Counted from the stretch's first letter, positions 1 through 12,490 are shown. The stretch: 64,000 bases of DNA from Octopus sinensis (GCF_006345805.1 NC_042999.1:23312001-23376000); one strand, 5' to 3'. Made by a program: numbers and translations. Notes: generated by a model from the sequence alone, not told the origin.

Positions 1-376
1 TTATAAACCAAAATTATTTTAGATCAAATCTAGAAATAGTTTGTTGTTTCTTGGGAGGGTCATTGTGCCAATAATAAACATACACACTGGTTCTATTTCG
101 TTTCTTTATTATTCATAATTTGGAGCCTGGTGTAGCCATCTGGTTCGCCAGTCCTCAGTCAAATTGTTCAACCCATGCTAGCATGGAAAGTGGACATTAA
201 ACGATGATGATGATGAGTTAACTATTTAACCAATTGACTAATTGGTTGATTGATTAATCAATCAGTCAGTTAGGTTTGTCAAAAACCTTTCATCAACACT
301 TGCAGCCTCTTCAATGACATGCCCTCTCTACTTCAGGTCAGCTTCAGGTCTGTCTGTCACCTAATTTTAGATTCTA

Positions 377-697
377 TCATCATCATCATCATTTAACGTC
401 CGTTTTCCATGCTAGCATGGGTTGGACGGTTCAACCGGGGTCTGGGAAGTCAGGAGGCTGCACCAGTCTCTAGTCTGATCTGGCAGTGTTTCTACAGCTG
501 GATGCCCTTCCTAACGCCAGCCACTTCGTGAGTGTAGTGGGTGCTTTTTATGTGCCACATGCACAGGTGCCAGACGAGGCTGGCAAATGGCCACGATCGG
601 TGGGTGCTTTTACGTGTCACTGACACAGACGCCAGTCAGGCAGCGCTGGCAACTGTCACGTTCGGACGGTGCTTTTAACGTGTCACTGGCACAGGTA
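377..697 (-). mobile_element. RTE-related non-autonomous retroelement with (GAT)n tail (family C, representative; about 20 copies in the window)
   Basis: Shared core ...GAGTGGTTGGCGTTAGGAAGGGCATCCAGCTGTAGAAAC...CCAACCCATGCTAGCATGGAAA.CGGACGTTAAA(C)GATGATGAT recurs throughout the window. The same end follows RTE ORF remnants at about 14450 and 40045. Confidence 0.8.
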
Positions 698-841
698 TAT
701 TTATATAAATTTTGATTAAAATGTTGAAATTTCATCACAAATTTCTCATCCACAATTTTAAGCATTTATAAGCTAATGAGTTTCATAAAGGCATACAAAT
801 TCAGTATAATAATAAATCTATATAGGAATCTTTTTACAAAC

Positions 842-935
842 CTCGATAATCCACACCAGAGTTCAATTTCACCACTACAGGACGCCCAATAATTTGCTTT
901 AAAAAATCACTTGGTGTTTGCTTTCGACCAGACAT
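842..935 (-). CDS. LSM6: U6 snRNA-associated Sm-like protein LSm6, first coding exon (gene continues beyond the left edge)
   Basis: Minus strand reads ttttcag|a ATG, then MSGRKQTPSDFLKQIIGRPVVVKLNSGVDYR+G, then |gtttgt. This is near-identical to the LSm6 N-terminus (RKQTPSDFLKQIIGRPVVVKLNSGVDYRG). 94 nt, phase-1 donor at 841-840. Confidence 0.95.
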
Positions 936-1084
936 TCTGAAAATAAACACATATATAAAAAAAATTAAAATATTAAATATCCAGATTGCTATAAAAATCC
1001 TATCAACATTGGCAATTATGTTTGAGGCCCCAAAACATCATAACCATTACTTACAAGTAAGTATGACTTGGTAGCAGGTACCGT

Positions 1085-1440
1085 CATCATCATCATCCTC
1101 ATTTAACGTCCACTTTCCATTCTAGCATGGGTTGGACGATTTGACTGAGGACTGGCTAACCAGATGGCTGCACCAGGCTCCAATCTTGATCTGGCAGAGT
1201 TTCTACAGCTGGATGCCCTTCCTAACGCCAACCACTCCGAGAGTGTAGTGGGTGCTTTTACATGCCACCAGCATGAGGGCCAGTCAGGCAGTACTGGCAA
1301 CGGCCCCACTCAAATGATGTTTTTTACATGCCACCTGCACAGGAGCCAGTCCAGCGGCACTGGCAACGACCTCAGTCGAAGCCATTTAGCCGCTCTGGCA
1401 ACGATCACACTCAGATAGTGTTCTTAGCGCTCCACTAGCA
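1085..1440 (-). mobile_element. Family C element in LSM6 intron 1
   Basis: Family C sequence flanked by direct repeat CAGGTACCGT (1075-1084 and 1441-1450), a probable target-site duplication. Confidence 0.8.
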
Positions 1441-1913
1441 CAGGTACCGTGCTAGTAATTGAAAGAAACACAGAGCATCTCAACAGAAATACAGTAACGA
1501 AAGGATTAAATTATCGCACTCTTCCATATCCAGTTCGCTGATAATTCAACACCCTTAGTGCTCGAAGTCGTTTCCAATGTATATCGTCACCCTTAGCTTG
1601 TAACATAATTCTCCAAGGACCCATGGTTTAGATTAAGCTCATACATTTTATTTTCCTCATTTGTCAACTAACAAACTATTCAACATTGTAAACATCGTTA
1701 TTTTCCGGATAAATAAATAATTGCTTTTTTGCTTTCGCCAAAAGAGAAAGAAATAAACAAACACTCTAAGGTACTTTTTGGAAAACAAAAGTATTTAATC
1801 AAAGCCTCGTGAATTTAACCGCTCGCTTTATACATGATTTTAATATAACATTTCTAAAGACTGTTGATCATAAACAGACATGCTAATGATGAAATTAGAA
1901 TATCTTTACTTAC

Positions 1914-2060
1914 CTCCTGTATTAAAACTGTAAACTATAATTAACAGGAATCACGTTGAGAACATATAAACAATAAGACAAGTCGATGTGATACTCAATT
2001 AGACTCAAACTCGAAAGTTACCGGGTTGAAGTTCTGGTCTTACAAAAGGCAAAATGTGAG
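1914..2060 (-). other. LSM6: Probable non-coding exon 1 (5'UTR) of LSM6; upstream boundary approximate
   Basis: Consensus donor CAGGAG|GTAAGT at 1914/1913. The LSM6 ATG lies 1 nt after an acceptor at 937-938, so an upstream non-coding exon is required. Confidence 0.6.
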
Positions 2061-2099
2061 GAGGAGTAAATTCCGTTTCGCTTAAAACAAAATCATAAT

Positions 2100-2256
2100 T
2101 ATAAAAATAAGAAAAACGTGGAAATTTTACCGGTGAGTGTGTTACATTATAAGGCACAAAAAGAAAATGACTCTCCCCAGAACACATTTAGAATATGCTT
2201 CAACACACGAACTCATATAAAGAATCTTGCAAACCAAATCCAAAAATGAAATATAA
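2100..2256. repeat. Single arm of the palindromic repeat family seen at 24974-25330
   Basis: GGAAATTTT.CCGGTGAGTGTGTTACAT.ATAAGGCACAAAAAGAAAATGACTCTC...GAATCTTGCAAACCAAATCCAAAAA matches 25186-25310. Confidence 0.8.
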
Positions 2257-2616
2257 TTATAACATTATTTATAAATGCAATTAATTTTTATTATCATTGA
2301 AAATGTTTTTAATTCTAAAATTATTGTAAACTATTTTGGCGAATAAAATTAGTTTATTAAATAATTTTTTTTTATTTATCAAAAGATATTTAATTCAGGT
2401 TTAGGTTTCTCGTCAGTGTCTTTCGTTTCAGCTATTACATTATCTGATTTATATGTTCGTTACTTCACCGGTTATTGTTGAGAGTTATTCCCTCTTTACG
2501 TATCCCTTTGTAATTAGATTCAAAATAAACGAACTGACTCTTCGATACGATTTCTGTATCAATTAGAATTCTCTCGCAACAAATATTCACTATAAGTAGC
2601 TCTAAGTTACTTATTT

Positions 2617-2857
2617 CTGGTACTACTTGAGAACAGTGGTCCCGGTGCGCGCATCGGCGCTAGCTAGTCGTGACTAGTCGATCCTACAACGACTACCTAG
2701 CAAAGTAAATAAAAAACAAAATAAATAATTTTTTTACACAAAGTAAATAATTTTTTTAAAACAAAGTAAATAAAACAAAAACACAGTAAGGATCGACTAG
2801 TCACGACTAGCTTGTGCGAATGCGCGCACCGGGACGACTCTTCTTAAGTAGTACCAG
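2617..2857. mobile_element. MITE-like element with about 68-bp imperfect CpG-rich terminal inverted repeats
   Basis: CTGGTACTACTT...CCCGGTGCGCGCAT...CTAGTCGTGACTAGTCGATCC versus GGATCGACTAGTCACGACTAG...ATGCGCGCACCGGG...AAGTAGTACCAG, with an AT-rich spacer. Confidence 0.75.
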
Positions 2858-3249
2858 TGAAGACATTCTTTCTCTGAAAGTTCCACCCTCAAAAGACCAA
2901 AAAAAAAAATCAAGTGATCAGATTGACCTCACTTTTTCTCATATCAGAGATAACATCGTGTAATGTAGTCATTTTTTGCTTTTCAAAGTGAGTCTAAAAT
3001 TGTATGTTTATCAGAAAAGGCACATTTTATATGGTATTTTCAAACCATCACCCCAAATGCCGAGCATTCCTATAGAATGGAGTCAGAAATTACCTAGTTC
3101 TCCAAAAATCGTAATTTCTTTAGATGTTTCAAGCATCGTTGATTACGATTCTGAAAGAAATTGTGTTGGTACCGTTCCCCAACCATTGTGACTCTTCTCT
3201 TATGCCCCCCGCTCCTTTTTTCTAGATCTGTGTTTTAAGTATGTAAGGT

Positions 3250-3535
3250 GTAACAATGCGTGACCACACATCATTGACAACAGATCAGGCAATTAGCAAA
3301 TTGGGCTGGTCGGCTGTGTCCCCATCCACTGTACAGCCCAGATTTGGTGCCTTCCAACTTCAACTTGGTTCGGTTCAATGAAAGAAAGTCTTCTGCGACA
3401 TCGATTTTATGACACAGATGAGGTAAAACTGGACACAACAGTGCACACGGGAATTTTTTCAAAGAGGAATCGAGAATGCATTTCAAAGATTGTGAAAATG
3501 AATCACATGTGATGGAGATTATGCTGACGAGTAAT
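3250..3535 (+). pseudogene. Decayed mariner transposase C-terminal remnant
   Basis: Translates NA*PH (HDNARPH-like), HPLYSPDLVPSNFNL (YSPDL motif) and DGDY, with stops and frameshifts. Confidence 0.7.
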
Positions 3536-5670
3536 TTCTATGTATAAAAGGGTTACTTTGCTAATATGGGCAATTTAAATTGCCGAAATCTGTAAATAAA
3601 GGTGTTTAACCTGCTTTTACATTGCTTGTGTGTCACATGGTTTGATGGGTCATACATACTGTTGAAGTTCCGCGTTGTTTCCTAATATAAAAACCAAGTC
3701 ACCATATTAAGTTTCCCATGAGTTACATTTTTTTTTTTACATAAAGACATGGATATTAAACGTCAAGAATGTTAAGCCAGGAATATATCTGTGCACAGTT
3801 AAAAGGATCTTTTCTGAAAAGATCCTTTGGTTAGGTGTAAGGTCGCTGTATTTTCGTGTTGGCGAGAGGCGGGGTAACTTCTGTGTACGTTGTAGACAAG
3901 GGGATTCTTTTTTACCCGAGGTCATGGCTTATCAAGAAACCTCTGCATTCGTCAACCTTCTCTCAAACATCAGTCTTGGTTGTCTCGTGCGTCTACATGT
4001 ATGACCGTATTTTGGTGGGAAACTGCACGGAAATTTCCATTCAAATTACGCGATTACACGACAGCATCTCTCATATGATTAGTCGGAGTACATGAGGAAA
4101 TCATCTGACATTTTGTGTCTGCTTTCTTGTTACTAAGTTGCATTGCTGGATAAAGAGTTTAATTTTATAGAAGTATTCTAGTAAGAAGAGAAGAGATGCT
4201 CGAGATGGTCTATAGTCCATCTCAAGCATCTCTTCTCTCCTTATAGGCACTGATTCGCAGTAGCCATTGGAAAATAAGTCCCTTGTGGTCAGGAAATCGT
4301 GGAGGAAAATAGCAACTTCCCTTTTTTCGGTTTGTGCAGTCTGTGCTACTAAGGGTAAAGTCTTTATTTTTGGCCTCTGTGCCTAAGTGACGACTGGGGT
4401 TACATTCAGTGCAGAAGTAAGGGACTGGGTGTAGTTTGGCAATTCAGCCCTTAATGTTTGGAATTTTTGAGCGCTGATATCTTGTACATTTAGCAGAATT
4501 GTCGTAGTCCACAACGTTAACCATACCACCTGAACAAATAGACCCAACAACACTAACATATTCCCCCACGGATGCCTCCATCTGCTTCATTGACAAAAAC
4601 GAGATAGCTCACAGGCTTTCTTCAGTAGTTAAAATCTTTAAAAACAACAAGGGGGACTTTGTTTCTTCATCAAATTACTTTTCTACTCTAGGCACAAGGC
4701 CCGAAACTTTTGGTGAGGTGGCCAGTCGATTAGATCGGCCCTAGTACGTAACTGGTACTTAATTTATCGATCCTGAAAGGATGGAAGGCAAAGTCAACCT
4801 CGGCAGAATTTGAACTCAGAATGTAAAGACAGACGAAAGGCCACCTCTTATTACATCAATATAATGAGTGATGGAACATTGTTAATGTTTTTAATATTGC
4901 ACTGGGACAGCTCTGATGGAGCAGACCAATATTTGAATAAACCAGACGTAGATTATGATCAGCAGATCTGTTGTTCCAGATGCACCATATTATTTACTGC
5001 TGTTACACATTCATATCTATGTGTATACGTATGTATGAAAGCATCCCCACTATTGGCACTATTTGTTAGTAAACAGTATGAGCTGCGTCTAAGGCGGATA
5101 CGCACAACGTGTATCACTCTGCTGTATATTGACAGTTCGTAACAGGTTAAGCCAAATAAACACGTAAAACAATAACAATGCCTTCTTTGAGTTGTCTATC
5201 ATCCCATCACGAACGAAAGAATGCATAACAACTACCTATATGAAGACTATGAATTTCAAGGTAAACGCCTGCTGTGTGACCGTCTGCACACGTAGCCACT
5301 CCGCTGATAATGTAGCTGTTTCTTTGTGTCATTCACATTGATGGGTCAGTACAGCAACAGTACAGTCTGAGAAGTCTTTTCTGGATTATCTTTGTCAGAT
5401 TCTGTATGACTTAAAACAGAGTTCTCTTGGTTAGAGAATGGTTGGCAGCTGGTGTCACTCTAGTCATAGTTGCATAACCAAATATAGTTGCAATCGTTAC
5501 TTTTTTCTCTCTGAATGCGAAGGAAACAGAACAGCAATGGTATAACAAAGGTTGGTGTTACTGTAACGGTTGGTCTTTGTACTAAGATAGACAACAGGTT
5601 TGATGAGGTTGAATTTAATGGAGAGCGGATATGTAACGATGTTGTTTTTGATGGTGGTACGGTATTGGTT

Positions 5671-5903
5671 AAGGCAGCGAGCTGGCAGAATCGTTAGTAC
5701 GCCGGGCGAAATGCTTAGCGGTATTTCGTCTGCCGCTACGTTCTGAGTTCGAATTCCGTCGCGGTCGACTTTGCCTTTCATCCTTTCGAGGTCGATTAAA
5801 CAAGTACCAGTTACGCACTGGGGTCGATATAATCGACTTAATCCGTTTGTCTGTCCTTGTTTGTCCTCTCTGTGTTTAGCCCCTTGTGGGTAGTAAAGAA
5901 ATA
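5671..5903 (+). mobile_element. tRNA-headed SINE, family A, with a Deu/Nin-like central domain
   Basis: Head with box B GAGTTCGAATTCC and central GCCTTTCATCCTTTCG.GGTCGA..AA..AAGTACCAG. Degenerate TSD GGTA..GTATTGGTTA on both sides. Confidence 0.8.
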
Positions 5904-6431
5904 GGTATAGTATTGGTTAGGGGTAAGCTACTTAACCGAGCGTCTAGCTCCTGGGAGGTAGACAAAGGGATAGTCATGTTGTACAAAATAGTGGCAAATT
6001 TGGTGATTCTGTTTTATTCGTGCGGGTCTGGGGCAATTGTTTCTTTAGGGAAGTTATCCCTGGTTAATTTGGTGGGAACATCTACTAAGATGTACTGTTG
6101 GATCGAGATGAAGGAAAATGTGATAGCTTCTTTCAAGTAGTAGTAGATGAGGATGAGTATATACAGTTTCGGTTGCCATGGTAGTAGGTGTGATAACTGA
6201 AGGGTGGAGACGATAGGCAGTAGCAGCAGTGAATCGACGGACACGCCTGAGTTCAATGAGGTCAGTATGTTGCTTCTACTGTCGTTGTTGCTGCTGATGA
6301 ATTGCACCAAACAAATAGATTGAATGGAGTTTTCCGTATGCTTTTTTTTTTTACGCTGTCTGCTTTAGTTTATTTTCAATTTGTTTTGCTGATTGACTTT
6401 TCTAAGTAGGACAATTTTGATAGCAATGCCG

Positions 6432-6888
6432 GCACACATGGTAGAGACGTAACCCAATACCTCCCCACCATAATTTTAATAATTCTTTTTCTTTTTTTTA
6501 CAGAAACCAACATTTACAGCTATGGAAATTCCGATTCTGAAAAAAAAAAAAAAAAAAAAAAGGCAAAAAATCGCAACTGTCAAGGGTAGCCTGTTTGAAG
6601 GCCGTAGAATCAGGCGGTTTTTTTCTTCTTTTTTTTTGAAAAATTGAAATTTTACAAACAATTTTTTTTTAAAGAAATAATCTCCATATTTTTCTATGCA
6701 TTTCGCCAAAAAATGATTTCTGCAACAAGTGAAAAATGAAGAAATGGGTGGGGGATTGAAATTTTGAAGTTGCGATTTTTGCCAATTTTCTTTTTCAGAA
6801 TCGGAATCTCCATAGCCGAAAACGTGGGTTTCCGTAAAAATAAATAAATAACGTAGGAGGGTGGGCTACGTCTCCGCCGTGTGCGTCA
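6432..6888. mobile_element. MITE/fold-back element with about 130-150-bp imperfect inverted repeats
   Basis: GCTATGGAAATTCCGATTCTGAAAA...GGCAAAAAATCGCAACT on the left versus AGTTGCGATTTTTGCC...TTCAGAATCGGAATCTCCATAGC on the right; GAGACGTA/TACGTCTC near the ends. Confidence 0.65.
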
Positions 6889-6914
6889 CAATGTCAATAT
6901 GTATATGTCTCACG

Positions 6915-7320
6915 AAGGCGGCGAGCTGGCAGAAATTTTAGCACGCCGGGCGAAATGTGTAGCCGTATTTCATCCTAAGTTCAAATTCCGCCGAGGTCGA
7001 CTTTGCCTTTCATCCTTTCGGGGTCGATAAATTAAGTACCAGTTACGCACCGGGGTTGATGTAATTGACTTAATACCTATGTCTGTCCTTGTTTGTCCCT
7101 TCTGTGTTTAGCCCGTTGTGAGTTGTAAAGAAATAGGTATTTCGTCTGCCGTTACGTTCTGAGTTAAAATTCCGCCGAGGTCGACTTTACCTTTCATCCT
7201 TTCGGGGTCGATTAAATAAGTACCAGTTACGCACTGAGATCGATATAATCGACTTAAATCCGTTTGTCTGTCCTTGTTTGTCCTCCCTGTGTTTAGCTCC
7301 TTGTGGGCAGTAAAGAAATG
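6915..7320 (+). mobile_element. Family A SINE dimer (one head, two bodies)
   Basis: The second body starts at GGTATTTCGTCTGCC (about 7136). The whole unit is flanked by AATATGTATATGTC direct repeats. Confidence 0.8.
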
Positions 7321-7890
7321 AATATGTATATGTCCCAACACTTCTATTAGTATATATATTGCATTATGTGGGTATGAGTGTAAATACACACACAGTCTGA
7401 TGACAGCAAGTAAGCCAAAACTTCAAAGTCACTGTCAGTCTTTTCCCTGTAAAAATAAATATGGCATTCAACTGAAAAGCATTGAGTGATCTTTCAGTTT
7501 AATGTTCATTTGGGATCTTTTCTGTTCAGCTGCCACTTTTCAATTTCTTCAATTTTTATTCCAATTGAGTTCATATTTGGTGTATTTGTGTAGTTTTGTA
7601 AAGTAATCACTGATTTGAAATTAATTTTTGCCATAAATCAATAAATAAATAATTGATAGCTTTTAAAGTTTGCAAATTTTGGGTAATTTTAGCCAAATAC
7701 TCCAAATTTAGAAATTTTCACTAAATTTCAAAATTTCTACAGGTGTAGTCAAACAGAAAAAAATCAGAATTGTCTGTTTGATAACTACTAGTGTTGACGT
7801 TACAATCTCAAGACAGCAGTTGTAAGAATTTACATCACCCATTGATGACAACTACAATTCAGCCCACACAGCAATGACTACTATCATTAC

Positions 7891-8512
7891 TTTATTGCCC
7901 ACAAGGGGCTAAACACATAGGGGACAAACAAGGACAGACAAAGGGATTAAGTCGATTACATCGACCCCAGTGTGTAACTGTTGCATAATTTATCGATCCC
8001 GAGAGGATGAAAGGCAAAGTCGACCTCGGCAGAATTTGAACACAGAACGTAAAGGCAGACAAAATACTGCTAAGTGTTTCGGCGTGCTAACATTTCTTAT
8101 TTCTTTATTGCCCACAAGGGACTAAAAATAGAGGGGACAAACAAGGACAGACAAATGGATCAAGTTGATTACACTGACCCCAGTGTGTAACTGGTACTTA
8201 ATTTATCAACCTCGAAAGGATGAAAGGCAAAGTCGACCTCGGCGGAATTTGAACACAGAACGTAACGGCAGATGAAATACCTATTTCTTTACTACCTACA
8301 AGGGGCTAAACACAGAGGGAACAAACAAGGACAGACACACGGATTAAGCCGATTACATTGACCCCAGTGCGTAACTGGTACTTAATTTATCGACCCTGAA
8401 AGGATGAAAGGCAAAGTCAAGCTCAGAGGAATTTGAATTGAGAACGTAGCGGCAGATGAAATACCGCTAAGCATTTCGCCCAGAGTGCTAACGTTTCTGC
8501 CAGCTCGCTACC
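7891..8512 (-). mobile_element. Family A SINE trimer
   Basis: Three tandem bodies with the head at the right end, flanked by ATCATTACT direct repeats. Confidence 0.8.
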
Positions 8513-8849
8513 TACCATCATTACTGACACATCTTACACAAATTGCCAAACTGTGTAACTTGCAAATATCACTTCTATCCATTGGTTGTAAAGACGACAC
8601 ATTGTTTTGTTAATGGTAATAAATATTTTGTATTTGGTGCTTCACACAGACTTCTTGTATACCCCTCTCTTAACCACAGTACATCTTTGTGACAACCAAA
8701 TACAAAATATAATTATCTTACTCAGGTGACCCCAAAAGAACATTATGCATCTCTGCAACACATCAAGCAAGATTAAAAACATGGTCGACATGACAGTATG
8801 TCAAGAACACTACACAGCTCCTCAACATCCTAAACAAATTCAAAAATAC

Positions 8850-9250
8850 TCTTTTACTTGTTTCAGTCATTTGACTGTGGCCATGCTGGAGCACCACCTT
8901 TAGTCGAGCAAATCGACCCCAGGACTTATTCTTTGTAAGCCTAGTACTTACTCTATCAGTCTCTTTTGCCGAACTGCTAATTTACGGGGATGTAAATACA
9001 CCAGCATTGGTTGTCAAGCGATGTTGGGGGGACAAACACAGACACACAAACATATATATATATATATGTACATATACATATATACGATGGGCTTCTTTCA
9101 GTTTCCGTCTACCAAATCTACCCCCAAGGCTTTAGCTGGCCCGAGGCTATAGTAGAAGACACTTGCTCAAGGTGCCACGCAGTGGGGCTGAGCCTGGAAC
9201 CATGTTAGTTCGTAAGCAAGCTACTTACCACACAGCCACTCCTACACCTA
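8850..9250 (-). mobile_element. tRNA-headed SINE, family B (representative; also about 15473-15893, 17320-17700, 27010-27228, 31300-31670, 33955-34295, 43983-44353, 50425-50845, 54675-55150)
   Basis: Head GGAGTGGCTGTGTGGTAAG...GGTTCAGTCCC, internal (TA/TG)n, tail CAGTCAAATGACTGAAACAAGTAAAAGAG. Confidence 0.8.
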
Positions 9251-9619
9251 TACTGCCAATGTCAATCAAACTGTTTCTGAGAATCTCTTTTCTATGCTAA
9301 ATTTTTCTGTCATCGTAGCCTCACCCAAATTGCCACCAGTCCCACTGTAGATACACTGATGATGTGTCTCAAATGGCAAAATAGCCTTCTACACAGTCTT
9401 TCAACAACATCAAGTGATTTCAAAACACCACTGAAATGTCAATATGCCACCACAAACACAACCAGTAAGTTCCTTACCATCTTGTTCTCTTTGTTGCTTA
9501 TCTTCAAAACAGACTCAGTCAGCATCAACTGCCTAAAAACAGCTTACTTTGGGTCTCAAACAACATTAACCATACCACCTGAACAAATGGACACAACAAC
9601 ACTAACTCAAACTCCACCT

Positions 9620-9825
9620 GTCTAACACCCATGGACATGTTTACAAAGTCAGAAAACAGCACAGCTCCCATGACTTTCGGAAACATTTTTTCACGCTAAG
9701 AGTTACTGAAGCATGGAACAAACTGCCAGCATCAGTTGTTAGTTGTCGGAGCACTGCATCCTTCAAAACTTCCGTGCTTCCTGAGATTCACCAACACTAC
9801 ACCTGATTTTCTCCTCTCCATACAC
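9620..9825 (+). mobile_element. CR1-clade LINE 3' fragment
   Basis: Nearly identical to 44885-45090 (SNTxGHVYKVRKQHSSHDFRKHFFTLRV.E.WNKLP). Confidence 0.75.
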
Positions 9826-10917
9826 ACGCTGCCAACCACTTTAGCCTTCATCACCATCCTTACTATCCGCTCCTCATCCATCCTCTCCATTCGTCTATCC
9901 AATTTGGTTGTTAGTTTTTCTTTCATTCCTGCTCATGTTTGCACCTCCTCATTCCTCATCCTGTCCATCCGTGTCACACCAACCACAGCCCTCATACATC
10001 TCATCTCAAACCCATCTAGTCCACAATAATAAGACAAAATAATATTTAACAGCAGTAAATTTTAGATGAAAAAAAAATTAAACTTTATTGAAAAAGAATT
10101 CACACATATATAAATATATATATACAATATTAACATTTGAATAGGAAATTAAGAAATTAGGATTCTTACTTTATTGCTTTACCTGTAAGCAGTAATAAAA
10201 ACAAAGCATTTGGAAGATATTTTATTTTGATATTATAAAGAAGGGGTGGACTGTGATACAAAGGAAAATTATATCTGTTATGGCATTACAACACTTACTT
10301 GGTATTCAGTTGTGCCATTGTGGAAGGACAAAGAACAGCGGCTATATTTGAGGCTTCTAAAATAGCCTTCTAAACAGAATGATACACAAGGGGTAGTGGA
10401 GGTTATACAATGTGAACCTGATCATTGTTAAGTGTTTACAAGACATTCCAGTCTAATGATAGCCATGCATTTGTCTTGTTGGTAAGTAGAAAGATAGGCT
10501 AACCAACAAGAGAGCTCTCTACATAGTTGTTCATTCTTGACCCATTAGGAAAAGAAAAAGAAAAAAAAAAAAGACAGGATTGTCGTGGGTGGAATGTCAT
10601 TCCTAATGAAGACTGACCAGTAGGAGCAGAGACTGGGTTGAATGACAATCACATGCAGGAGAAAAAAAAAAATTAAAATGGAAAATGGCTGCAGGAAGTA
10701 ATTGGATTTAGATAAATAAATTAATGCTGATTTGAAGAATGATGTAAGCAAAAAAACAAAATAATATTATTAATAAATAAAATTTTCCTTTTGGTGGGAA
10801 AAAGAAAGTAAAAATCTAACGGTAATTGTGACCATCTAAGAAAAAGGGAAGTAACTTAAAGAAATTAAAAATGAATCTCTTTAAATTAATTTGCAAGCTT
10901 TTGATTAGGTGACAAGC

Positions 10918-10954
<37 letters not shown>

Positions 10955-11380
10955 GATACACACACACATGCACAAACACACAGATACACACACACACACT
11001 TTATTTGGGAATTAAGGTTACCACTGGTTTCATGTTAAGGAGATGAACACCATTTTTCTGTGATAGGCTTGAATAATTGTTGAGATATTCTTTAACATGA
11101 AACCAAAGCAAACCTTAATTCATAAATAAAGAATCTTTATCCACCAATACAGTGTTGAGTACTCATTCACATTGTTTGAGATATATATATATATATATAT
11201 ATATAGCTCCAAGAAAGTTAGACGTTCTGAATTCAACCAACTAAGGGATAATATCTATCCAATATACTGCTGGTAGAATACCCAATTATTACTACACAAG
11301 TGTTTTTATTTTATTGCATTGCAATTACATTACCGAGTGTACTAAATGGGTGAAGGTAAAGAGATATTTTACCATTAATT

Positions 11381-11787
11381 TATATAGCAACAAGAAAATG
11401 GAGTGTATCAATAGGTAGTTCATCAACTTTTAGACATTATATTATGTTAACTTATTTATTTATTTACTAAACTGATAATTACAATAATATACATACATAT
11501 ATCATATTAAGCATTACATACAAGATATAAAATATAATAATATATAAGGATACCAGTAATTATTACAAAATAGCATTCCCAATTTATATTCATGTATGTT
11601 ATTTTGTAATAATTACTGGTATCCTTATATATTAATATATTTTATACCTTATATGTAAAGCATAATGTTATACATGTATGTATATTATTGTAATTGTCAG
11701 TTTAGTAAATAAATAAGTTAACATAATATAATGTCTAAAAGTTGATGAAACAACTATTGATCCCCTCCATTTTCTTATTGATATATA
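11381..11787. repeat. Long imperfect palindrome with about 195-bp arms and a 19-nt loop
   Basis: ATATAAGGATACCAGTAATTATTACAAAATA pairs with TATTTTGTAATAATTACTGGTATCCTTATAT, and TTCATCAACTTTTAGACATTAT pairs with ATAATGTCTAAAAGTTGATGAA. Confidence 0.85.
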
Positions 11788-11840
11788 TATATGTATATAT
11801 ATATGACTAGTATAATTTGTGTAATAAAAAAAAAAACATC

Positions 11841-11846
11841 TTTATT
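11841..11846 (-). promoter_or_regulatory. Candidate proximal poly(A) signal of HAUS6 (a distal candidate lies at 10084-10089)
   Basis: AATAAA on the minus strand about 650 nt after the stop, followed by a T-rich tract. Confidence 0.4.
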
Positions 11847-12490
11847 GAGCTAAAAGGAAGCGATTCAAGTGTGCTATTGGCATGAATTAAGATGAGTTAA
11901 GAGGTGATGTGCTGTATGGCTTGAAATTTTTTTCATCTCCAAGAAAGAAAGAAAAAAATCCTGACCATTATATTTGTTAGTGACGCTCATAGAACTGGGA
12001 AGATAATTGTAAGAAATTAAGATCAAAATTTATTTAAATGCAGAGTATAAAATCTTTGGTAAAAAAAAAAAAAAGAACAAAAGAGGTTTTTTCAAGACAA
12101 CCTAAGAAGCTTGGCATTTTGGCATTTCAAGCCAAGGACCAATCTAATGGTGGGGAAACCATCATAAGAATATTGGTCCTTTATGAAGCACTGCATATTT
12201 TATGCTCATCACCAAGATCATTGGAAAACAGAATTATTAGCTCCATTTCCAAAATGATGTTGGCACTGCCATAGAGACATATAATACATCACAGTTCAGA
12301 TAAGTTCTCAGCTGAGCAGGTTAAAAAAAAAAAAAGGGTGGAGAAAACCCCACTGGGGCTGAAATAAGAAGTCCTCCTTTACAAGGGTTTTTTTCTTTCT
12401 TTTTTTTCTCACAAGCCACCAGCTTTTGATGACCATTTTAAAAGCAGGGTCAGCAGGACTTTACTGGTTGTTTCTTTGTTTCAAAACTTC

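Noticed and set aside
8540-8830. Possible APE endonuclease remnant of a LINE
   Set aside because: Only vague motif resemblance; too decayed to support.
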